A DNA stretch of 64,000 nt from Macrostomum lignano (lineage: Eukaryota), in assembly GCA_002269645.1 (NCBI GenBank), contig NIVC01000829.1:186001-250000 (forward strand), written 5' to 3'. The notes under the pieces are model-generated. The model made no database searches and was not told where the DNA came from. It was given only the letters and a program-made list of their open reading frames with translations. Below, in pieces: positions 1 to 11,800 of the stretch. The translations under genes were made by a program, and so were the position numbers. Each line of letters begins with the position of its first letter. Within the stretch, counting starts at the first letter, position 1.

Positions 1-239
1 AATTAATTGTCACGGAAACAATATCCGCGTGTTCGCAAAGAATTTTTTTCCGATTTAATCCAAGTCACGCGCTCCAGGCGGCTATTCGAAATTTTTATCA
101 ATTTTATCCTGTTCGACCTTAACCGATACAACCGCCCCCTCTGCCCTCCCGCTGTCCCACGCAATAATACAAGACGACAACTAGTCCTTAAAATGTCTAA
201 TTTGAGGTTTACATGCAAAATAGACTCACACAGACTGCG

Positions 240-1376
240 TATTTGAGCATCTGACAGAGTCGTATTTGAGCAGCTACAGACTCGTATTTGAGCATCTGAC
301 AGAGTCGTATTTCAGCATCTGACAGACTCGTATTTCAGCATCTGACAGACTCGTATTTGAGCAGCTACAGACTCGTATTTGAGCAGCTACAGACTCGTAT
401 TTGGGTAGCTACAGACTCGTATTTGAGCAGCTACAGACTCGTATTTGAGCATCTGACAGACTCTTATTTGAGCAGCTACAGACTCGTATTTGAGCAGCTA
501 CAGACTCATATTTGAGCATCTGACAGACTCTTATTTGAGCAGCTACAGACTCTTATTTGAGCAGCTACAGACTCATATTTGAGCATCTGACAGACTCTTA
601 TTTGAGCATCTGACAGACTCGTATTTGAGCAGCTACAGACTCGTATTTGAGCAGCTACAGACTCGTATTTGAGCAGCTACAGACTCATATTTGAGCAGCT
701 ACAGACTCGTATTTGAGCAGCTACAGACTCGTATTTGAGCATCTGACAGACTCGTATTTGAGCAGCTACAGACTCGTATTTGAGCAGCTACAGACTCGTA
801 TTTGAGCAGCTACAGACTCGTATTTAGGTAGCTACAGACTCGTATTTGAGCAGCTACAGACTCATATTTGAGCAGCTACAGACTCGTATTTGAGCAGCTA
901 CAGACTCGTATTTGAGCAGCTACAGACTCATATTTGAGCAGCTGACAGACTCATATTTGAGCAGCTGACAGACTAATATTTGAGCAGCTGACAGACTCAT
1001 ATTTGAGCAGCTGACAGACTCATATTTGAGCAGCTGACAGACTAATATTTGAGCAGCTGACAGACTCATATTTGAGCAGCTGACAGACTCATATTTGAGC
1101 AGCTGACAGACTAATATTTGAGCAGCTGACAGACTCATATTTGAGCAGCTGACAGACTCATATTTGAGCAGCTGACAGACTAATATTTGAGCAGCTGACA
1201 GACTCATATTTGAGCAGCTACAGACTCATATTTGAGCAGCTGACAGACTAATATTTGAGCAGCTGACAGACTCATATTTGAGCAGCTACAGACTCATATT
1301 TGAGCAGCTGACAGGCTAATATTTGAGCAGCTGACAGACTCATATTTGAGCAGCTGACAGACTCGTATTTGAGCAT
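240..1376. repeat. Minisatellite, 22/23-bp unit ATTTGAGCAGCT(G)ACAGACTC(G/A)T, with a 3x23-bp higher-order block
   Basis: Direct reading; 69-bp period at about 920-1210. Confidence 0.97.
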
Positions 1377-1812
1377 CATGAGCTTTGCTGCTCTAGAAAA
1401 TTCAAAAGAAAAAGACTGTCACAAACATGTGGCTAAGACGCTACTGAAATCATAAAAATTTGCAATCATAAATCGGTGCTGAAGCAAAGCCAATTACAAT
1501 TAGTTACATTATATCAATAGATAACCTTGCTGTTTGACATCGGAACAAACAAAACATGTATTATGTAAAGTTGATTATTTTAGAAGCAAAACAATAACAA
1601 AATATTGCATTGGGTTTCCATTTATGGATTATCAATAACAATAGTTCATGCAGCTAATAATAATAATATTTACACAGCTTGTATGCTTTGCATAAATATG
1701 GGAAAAATCTGGAGATTTTTTAAACTAATATTTCTTATCTTAGATAGATATGCTCATTTTCAGGGAGAATCTGCGAATTCAATAAAGATGCATAACGGTA
1801 TCGAGTACAAGA

Positions 1813-2722
1813 CGGTCAGGTGGTGAGACAGTCAGGTGGTGAGACAGTCAGGGGGTGAGACAGTCAGGTGGTTAGACAGTCAGGGGTGAAACAGTCAGGG
1901 GGTGAGACAGTCAGGGGGTGAGATAGTCAGGGGTAAGACAGTCAGGGGGTGAGACAGTCAGGGGGTGAGACAGTCAGGGGTAAGACAGTCAGGGGGTGAG
2001 ACAGTCAGGGGGTGAGACAGTCAGGGGTATGACAGTCAGGGGGTGAGATAGTCAGGGGGTGAGACAGTCAGGGGGTGAGATAGTCAGGGGGTGAGACAGT
2101 CAGGGGGTGAGACAGTCAGAGGGTGAGATAGTCAGGGGGTGAGATAGTCAGGGGGTGAGATAGTCAGGGGGTGAGACAGTCAGGGGATGAGATAGTCAGG
2201 GGTAAGACAGTCAGGGGGCGAGACAGTCAGGGGTATGACAGTCAGGGGGTGAGACAGTCAGGGGGTGAGACAGTCAGGGGTATGACAGTCAGGGGGTGAG
2301 ACAGTCAGGGGGTGAGATAGTCAGGGGGTGAGACAGTCAGGGGGTGAGATAGTCAGGGGGTGAGATAGTCAGGGGGTGAGATAGTCAGGGGGTGAGATAG
2401 TCAGGGGGTGAGATAGTCAGGGGGTGAGATAGTCAGGGGGTAAGACAGTCAGGGGGTGAGACAGTCAGGGGTATGACAGTCAGGGGGTGAGACAGTCAGG
2501 GGGTGAGACAGTCAGGGGTATGACAGTCAGGGGGTGAGACAGTCAGGGGGTGAGATAGTCAGGGGGTGAGACAGTCAGGGGGTGAGATAGTCAGGGGGTG
2601 AGACAGTCAGAGGGTGAGATAGTCAGGGGGTGAGATAGTCAGGGGGTGAGATAGTCAGGGGGTGAGACAGTCAGGGGGTGAGATAGTCAGGGGGTAAGAC
2701 AGTCAGGGGGTGAGACAGTCAG
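1813..2722. repeat. Minisatellite, 16-bp unit GAGACAGTCAGGGGGT
   Basis: Direct reading; a G4-5 tract in each unit. Confidence 0.97.
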
Positions 2723-2898
2723 AATGAGACCAAATATTGATTTATTTAATAACATAGGCGGATATGCTCACTGTAAGGTACAATTTGGTATTGCATAAAG
2801 TTGCATAACAGCAGTATAAAGTACACTAAAATATATACTACAATACCTCCATGGCTGATGCTGTTTAAGTCATGTCGGGTGTCGCCCCTCACGGGCAG

Positions 2899-5800
2899 TC
2901 ACTGAATGTGCAGCAGCTTCTTGAAAGCTTTTCGAAATTCGTTATTGAATATGGTGTAAATTACCGGATTAAGGAAGCTGTTCACGTATCCCAGCCACAC
3001 TATGAACACATTTATCCGCCTGTCGTATTGGCAGATGATGCCCAGCGACTCCTGATGGTCGAAATTCTTTAAGCAGGCGGCCCACATCAGGTTGGTGATG
3101 AAGAATGGAAGCCAGCATAGTAGAAAAACTCCTGCGGGGGGGTCAAAGGGGTCAGAGGGGTCATGGGGTCAGAGGTGTCTGGTAAAGACATCAACTTAAG
3201 GGGGGTTGAGTCCAGAATAATAAAAGGAGGGTGGAGTGAGAACGGGAGGCTGAGGAGGGACGAGGTGAGGACCAATCAGAGTGAAGTGAGGGTGAGAGAG
3301 AAGGCTAGTGAACGGAAGGAGGGCAGAAGTCGCTTCAGTGTCAAAGGGGTCATAGTGGTCATGAGGCTCAGGGGAATCACAGGGGTCACAGGGGTCAGAG
3401 GGTTCATAGGAGTCAGGGTGGTCAGGAGACTCAGACGTGTCAAAAGGGTCAGGGTGTTCAGGAGGGTCAGAGGGGTCATTGTGGTCAGGAGGGTCAGAGG
3501 GGTCATTGTGGTCAGGAGGGTCAGAGGGGTCATTGTGGTCAGGAGGGTCAGAGGGGTCATTGTGGTCAGGAGGGTCAGAGGGGTCATTGTGGTCAGGAGG
3601 GTCAGAGGGGTCATTGTGGTCAGGAGGGTCAGAGGGGTCATTATGGTCACGAGGGTCAGAGGGGTCATTGTGGTCACGAGGGTCAGAGGGGTCAAAGGGG
3701 TCAGGGTGGTCAGGAGGGTCAGAGGGGTCAGGTGATGTCACACAATAAATATTAAAAATACATTCTCACAGTCGGCAGTGAGGATGAGACGGTCAGGACA
3801 TGAGAGTCATGGGTGAAAACAGGTCTTGAAAGACACCTATGACAGCCGGTGATTAGGTAAGACTCGACCCGCCCCTCCCCAGCTCACCCAGCACAATCGC
3901 TAAAGTCTTGGTGGCCTTCTTCTCCCTTTTGGCGGCCGACCTCTCCGCCTTGCTGCTGCCTGTCGGTTTCTTGCGCAACTTGAGCTGCTGAAACAGCGGC
4001 TGCTTCTTCTGCTGCTGCTGATGATTCGGCTGCTGCTTCTTGTTGTTGCTGGTTCGGCCTCCGCCGCCGCTGTCGCCGCTCTGAGGTCCGCTGTTGTCGG
4101 AGTTGGACGGGCCGGCCAGGGTCTGGCTCTCCGTGAGCAGCTGCGGCGAGTCGATGCTCGGCAGCCGGCAGGTGTGCGGGGCAGCCTCGTCGCCGGTGTA
4201 AATTCCGTCCACCTGACAAGCGGCGCAGTCGCCAGCCGCATTCGCCATTGATGGAGCGGCAAGAGTCTGGGGTCTTTGAATTTTTTTAGACTTGGCATTG
4301 TTGACAGATTCTTTCGGTTGCTGCTGCTGCTGGTTAGACAGAGTCCGAAGCTTCTTGTCGTTGGCTTTGCTGACTTTCTTAGCCCGACTGCGGATCACGG
4401 TGAAGATGCGGTAGTACAGCACCAGCATCACCAGGCAGGGGATGTAGAAGCTGCCCAGGCTGGAGTAGATCAGAAAATCGCCATTGAAAAATGTGCAAAC
4501 GTGACGGAACTTCTCGTGATAGCGGAGGCCCTGCAGATTCTGCAGGCCGCAGCCGATCGGCAGGGCGATGCCGATAGAGAGCAGCCAGGTGGCCGCGATG
4601 GTCACGTGAGCTCGCTTAGAGTTCCTGTGCTTGGCGTACTTAATGGGCTGGGTGACCGCGATGAACCTGCGGGTTTGGGAGGGTTGGAGGCCGACTGTTG
4701 TTGGGATTAGGGACTGTCTTAGGGAAGCATTAGAAACTGTCTAAGGAAAGCATTAGGGAACTGTCTTAGGGAAGCATTAGGGAACTGTCTTAGGGAAGCA
4801 TTAGGGAACTGTCTTAGGGAAGCATTAGGGAACTGTCTTAGGGAAGCATTAGGGGACTGTCTTAGGAAAGCATTAGGGAACTGTCTTAGGGAAGCATTAG
4901 GGGACTGTCTTAGGGAAGCATTAGGGAACTGTCTAAGGGAAGCATTAGGGGACTGTCTTAGGGAAGCATTAGGAACTGTCTTAGGGAAGCATTAGGGGAC
5001 TGTCTTAGGGAAGCATTAGGGAACTGTCTTAGGGAAGCATTAGGGGACTGTCTTAGGGAAGCATTAGGGAACTGTCTTAGGGAAGCATTAGGGAACTGTC
5101 TTAGGGAAGCATTAGGGGACTGTCTTAGGGAAGCATTAGGGGACTGTCTTAGGGAAGCATTAGGGGACTGTCTTAGGGAAGCATTAGGGAACTGTCTTAG
5201 GGAAGCATTAGGGAACTGTCTTAGGGAAGCATTAGGGGACTGTCTTAGGGAAGCATTAGGGAACTGTCTTATTAGGGGACTGTCTTAGGGAAGCATTAGG
5301 GGACTGTCTTAGGGAAAGATTATGGGACTGTCTTAGATAATGGACTGCAATATTGAGTATAGGATTAGTTATTGTGATTAGAGAAAGACAGAAAATTGTC
5401 TTCCGGAGAACTTTGGAATGTCTTAAAGAATTATTGACGAAAAGTGTATTAACTCTCAGAGATGTGTGAAAAAAATACAGAAAGAATAAATTCATACAAT
5501 GAAACTCAAAATATCAACTCAAGTTAGCATTGCACCGATACTGACCTTTACTGAGCAGGCAAAGTTGCTAGCTGGTGCGTAAAAGAACATCTCCCCGAAT
5601 AAATAAGTTTAAAGTAGCTGGCTCACCAGTGGCAAGTCGCACCCCAGCAACAATTGGACTGATAATTTCGCGACTCCAAAGTATGTGGGAGTAGAAAGTT
5701 CAAGTTTCACATCAAAAGTTTGTCTGAGCCCCGTCTCGAGTGCGAAATCCTGCCCCTGGTGCTGGCGCCCCTGATGATGGCGCCCCTGGTGCTGGCGCCC

Positions 5801-8800
5801 CTGGTTCTGGCGCCCCTGGTGCTGGCGCCCCTGGTTCTGGCGCCCCTGGTGCTGGCGCCCCTGGTGCTGGCGCCCCTGGTTCTGGCGCCCCTGGTGCTGG
5901 CGCCCCTGGTGCTGGCGCCCCTGGTGCTGGCGCCCCTGGTGCTGGCGCCCCTGGTGCTGGCGCCCCTGGTGCTGGCGCCCCTGGTGCTGGCGCCCCTGGT
6001 GCTGGCGCCCCTGGTGCTGGCGCCCCTGGTGCTGGCGCCCCTGGTGCTGGCGCCCCTGGTGCTGGCGCCCCTGGTGCTGGCGCCCCTGGTGCTGGCGCCC
6101 CTGGTGCTGGCGCCCCTGGTTCTGGCGCCCCTGGTGCTGGCGCCCCTGGTGCTGGCGCCCCTGGTGCTGGCGCCCCTGGTGCTGGCGCCCCTGGTGCTGG
6201 CGCCCCTGGTGCTGGCGCCCCTGGTGCTGGCGCCCCTGGTGCTGGCGCCCCTGGTGCTGGCGCCCCTGGTGCTGGCGCCCCTGGTGCTGGCGCCCCTGGT
6301 GCTGGCGCCCCTGGTGCTGGCGCCCCTGGTGCTGGCGCCCCTAATGCTGGCGCCCCTGGTGCTGGCGCCCCTGGTGCTGGCGCCCCTGGTGCTGGCGCCA
6401 CGCCAAAGACGCACTCCCACAATGAATCGATTCCCAGTGAACAATGACTCAGGCTCATTAAAAAGAATGATTTGGGGCATTTTAATCTCTTCTTATCAAT
6501 GAAAGTGGGTTGAGTAGTGCTTCGGGCCCCCACGACACTAGGTGCCAACAATTGCTCAGCTGTCGCACCTTGATGCCCGAGTTCTTGTCCATGGCTATAT
6601 TTAGCAACTCTACCGGTAGAGACAGTTGAAAGCGGTAGAATTCTCGTTATTAAAAAAACATTCAATTTTTTGAGACAGTAAAACTTTTCAACGCAGTGGA
6701 TTAGGACCCTTCAGCAGTATTCTGTCTGTCGACTTTAATTATAAGAAAAAATTATTTTTTTTCTCATTATATCTGGCTAGCAACGGGATGATGCAGGCTC
6801 GAGTTGATTGAGTTTCGGCAGCTGCCACCCCATCACCCCAGTGCAGAGCGGGAACTGCAGCGAGTTCCCCAGAGAGATGCCCATAGCAACTGGGATTTCT
6901 GCTAAGCCGAATCTCATAACAAATCATATTCAGATTTGAGATTGTGTCTTTTTTGAAAACTTTTTTTTAAAAAAACACAGGCACAAATATTCGTTGACAG
7001 ATAATTGACCCGGACAGTTAAAACAAACTGCCAAGGAAGTTCGGCTTCTAAGAAGCGACAAGATCCCAGGAATATTCGATTTCGAAGAGTTTCGGGGGGA
7101 TTGATGGCCTCCAGTATCTCATGAATGCCAAATTAACGGGAAAGGAGAGTGGGATAAGGGGGGAGAGTTCTGGAAAGCAGACTATGGACCCGCAGAAAAG
7201 CAAAATAAAAAAGTTAGAAGGCGATTTCTTTCAGTGCGCAGCTTTTTAGAATCCGGTCGAAGGGGAAAATTCTAAAAGAGACCCCGAGAGGGAAACCAGG
7301 TCACCGACCCATAGGATTATTTAGAATGTTTTGACGACATGAAATTTAATATTTATTGTTTTCAGAAATGATTCCCTTCTGAGAGGAAGTCAATCATGAA
7401 TGCGGGACTGCAGGAATTCAATGGGAAAAATGAAGCTTGTAGATTGCTAGACGGCACAACGAAATCATTCCGGTATTCTTGGAAAAGTATAACAAATCCC
7501 AATTTTGCAGTCCGGATAAAGAAACGAAAACTACAAGTACAATATAATCTCATCACAGGAGGAATCTCATTTTAAGACAAAATCTCACCCTGAGCATTTA
7601 GAAACCTACAAAACCTCACCCTAATGGTTTATAAAACTACTCACCCTAAGGACTTTTAAAACTACAAAATCCCACCCTAAGGATTTAGAAAACTACAAAA
7701 TCTCACCCTAAGGATTTCCAAAACTACAAAATCTCACCCTAATGATTTAGAAAACTACAAAATCTCACCTTAAGGATTTAGAAAACTACAAAATCTCACC
7801 TAAGGATTTCCAAAACTACAAAATCTCACCCTAATGATTTAGAAAACTACAAAATCTCACCTTAAGGATTTATAAAACTACAAAATCTCACCCTAAGGAT
7901 TTCTAAAACTACAAAATCTTACCCTAAGGATTTATAAAACTACAAAATCTTACCCTAATGATTTATAAAACTACAAAATCTCACCCTAAGGACTTCTAAA
8001 ACTACAAAATCTCACCCAAATGATTTATAAAACTACAAAATCTCACCCAAATGATTTATAAAACTACAAAATCTCACCCTAAGGATTTATAAAACTACAA
8101 AATCTCACCCTAAGAATTTATAAAACTACAAAATCTCACCCAAATGATTTATAAAACTACAAAATCTCACCCAAATGATTTATAAAACTACAAAATCTCA
8201 ACCAAATGATTTATAAAACTACAAAATCTCACCCTAAGGATTTATAAAACTACAAAATCTCAACCAAATGATTTATAAAACTACAAAATCTCACCCAAAT
8301 GATTTATAAAACTACAAAATCTCACCCAAATGATTTATAAAACTACAAAATCTCACCCTAAGGATTTAGAAAACTACAAAACCTCACCCTAAGGATTTAG
8401 AAAACTACAAAATCTCACCCTAAGGATTTATAAAACTACAAAACCTCACCCAAATGATTTATAAAACTACAAAATCTCACCCTAAGGACTTATAAAACTA
8501 CAAAATCTCACCCAAATGATTTATAAAACTACAAAATCTCACCCAAATGATTTATAAAACTACAAAATCTCACCCTAAGGATTTATAAAACTACAAAATC
8601 TCACCCTAAGAATTTATAAAACTACAAAATCTCACCCTAAGAATTTATAAAACTACAAAATCTCACCCAAATGATTTATAAAACTACAAAATCTCACCCA
8701 AATGATTTATAAAACTACAAAATCTCACCCAAATGATTTATAAAACTACAAAATCTCACCCTAAGGATTTATAAAACTACAAAATCTCAACCAAATGATT

Positions 8801-11800
8801 TATAAAACTACAAAATCTCACCCAAATGATTTATAAAACTACAAAATCTCACCCAAATGATTTATAAAACTACAAAATCTCACCCTAAGGATTTATAAAA
8901 CTACAAAATCTCAACCAAATGATTTATAAAACTACAAAATCTCACCCAAATGATTTATAAAACTACAAAATCTCACCCAAATGATTTATAAAACTACAAA
9001 ATCTCACCCTAAGGATTTATAAAACTACAAAATCTCAACCAAATGATTTATAAAACTACAAAATCTCACACTAATGATTTATAAAACTACAAAATCTCAC
9101 CCTAAGGATTTATAAAACTACAAAATCTCAACCAAATGATTTATAAAACTACAAAATCTCACCCAAATGATTTATAAAACTACAAAATCTCACCCTAAGG
9201 ATTTATAAAACTACAAAATCTCAACCAAATGATTTATAAAACTACAAAATCTCACACTAATGATTTATAAAACTACAAAAACAAATCAGACGCAATGGCC
9301 CGACCACTCACCTGTCGATGCTGATGGCGACCAGGTTAAGAATGGAGGCGGTGCTGAACAATGCGTCACACATGATCCACAGGTCGCACAGGAGGTCAGA
9401 AAAGTCCCAGTGGCCATTGCGCACCTGAGTTTGCAAGGGGGTGGGGAAGCGGCAGATTTTATTGGGATTTTAAACGACAGAAAAATGGGGGAATTAATGT
9501 GGCCACTTAGATAGAGTCTGCTTAATGTTTTAAGTGTAAATATAATATTTTTTGTGATGGATTCAAACATCCATTGATACAGACTGAAGTGCCAAGACGA
9601 TTCTAGATAGTGACAAGGGTATTCTTATTATAATAAAGTAAGAGATACTCTTGGAATCCGAAGTGACAGAAAATATCAAAGCTTGCCAAGGAGAAAACTG
9701 GAGTGACAAGAAAGTATCCAACTGGAGTGACAAGAAAGTATCCAACTGGAGTGACAAGAAATTATCCAACTGGAGTGACAAGAAAGTATCCAACTGGAGT
9801 GGCAAGAAAGTATCCAACTGGAGTGACAAGAAATTATCAAACTGGAGTGACAAGAAAGTATCCAACTGGAGTGACAAGAAATTATCCAACTGGAGTGACA
9901 AGAAATTATCCAACTGGAGTGACAATAAATTATCCAACTGGAGTGACAAGAAATTATCCAACTGGAGTGACAAGAAATTATCCAACTGGAGTGACAAGAA
10001 ATTATCCAACTGGAGTGAAAAAAAGTATCCAACTGGAGTGACAAGAAATTATTCAACTGGAGTGACAAGAAATTATCCAACTGGAGTGACAAGAAATTAT
10101 CCAACTGGAGTGACAAGAAAGTATCAAACTGTAGTGACAAGAAACTATCAAACTGGAGTGACAAGAAAATCAGTGACAAAGGAGTGACAAGAAATTATCC
10201 AACTGGAGTGACAAGAAAATATCCAACTGGAGTGACAAGAAAATATCCAACTTAAGTGACAAGAAATTATCCAACTGGAGTGACAAGAAAGTATCCAACT
10301 GGAGTGACAAGAAAGTATCCAACTGAAGTGACAAGAAATTATCCAACTGGAGTGACAAGAAAATATCCAACTTAAGTGACAAGAAATTATCCAACTGGAG
10401 TGACAAGAAAGTATCCAACTGGAGTGACAAGAAAGTATCCAACTGAAGTGACAAGAAATTATCCAACTGGAGTGACAAGAAAATCAGTGACAAAGGAGTG
10501 ACAAGAAATTATCCAACTGGAGTGACAAGAAAATATCCAACTTAAGTGACAAAATAGTATCAAACTGGAGTGACAAGAAATTATCCAACTGGAGTGACAA
10601 GAAATTATCCAACTGGAGTGACAAGAAATTATCCAACTGGAGTGACAAGAAATTATCCAACTGGAGTAACAAGAAATTATCCAACTGGAGTGACAAGAAA
10701 GTATCCAACTGGAGTGACAAGAAGTTATCCAACTGGAGTGACAAGAAATTATCAAACTGGAGTGAAAAAAAGTATCCAACTGGAGTGACAAGAAATTATC
10801 CAACTGGAGTGACAAGAAAGTATCCAACTGGAGTGACAAGAAAGTATCCAACTGGAGTGACAAGAAATTATCCAACTGGAGTGACAAGAAAGTATCCAAC
10901 TGGAGTGACAAGAAAGTATCCAACTGGAGTGAAAAGAAAGTATCCAACTGGAGTGACAAGAAAGTGTCAAACTGGAGTGACAAGAAAGTATCAAATTAGA
11001 TTGACAAAAAAATATGAATTTGGGAGTGACAGGAAAGTATCAAACTTTATTGAAAAATATTTTTCATTGAGTGAGAAGGCAACTCAAACACAGTGACAAG
11101 AGCAAAGAATGTTATTGGCAGAAGTCAAAGACAACCATGGCTGTGACGACACCAGCCCCTTCAACTTTCCCCGAACATCATCCAGCCCCGCAACCTGAAT
11201 TGTTAAACTTTCTTCTCTAGTCAAAGACTTTGCTGAAAGGCGCGGCTACTGCATATTTTCCTCATCTCGCTGACAGGAAGTGAAAAACCGGTTTGTTTAA
11301 AACCACTCCCTTAGGGTAAATGTGCGTTTTTTCAAATTCTAAATAAACAGCTTAGAGAAAAACGGTACCTATTCTTGACTTGCTTGTACTTTTAAGCACG
11401 GAAAACTAGAGCAATCGCTAGCTGAAGAAAAGTATTAGAAATATATAAATCAAATTGTATCCTTTCGCGTGACTGGCCCAGATAAGAATCGGTGAAAAAA
11501 CTTAGGCGACTCATTATATTAATACTCGTACTTTAATGGGCTATATTTCACTGTAAATTAACTTCTGTAACTGCCAGGCATAAATCTGCCTGCTTAATAC
11601 TCGTATTCCTTTATTTGCCTTCTCGCGTGGCGAAAGCTGGAGGCAGGAAGCCGCTGGTGTGAGGGGCAAGGATGAGGTGAGGAGAGCAAACTCGTAATTT
11701 GAGTATAAATAAGAATAAAGAGACTGGAGTCTTCAAAGTTAGAAATTGGTGACGATAAATAACTAGGAGATTGGGGAGGGAGAGGAGAGGGCAAGTAGAA

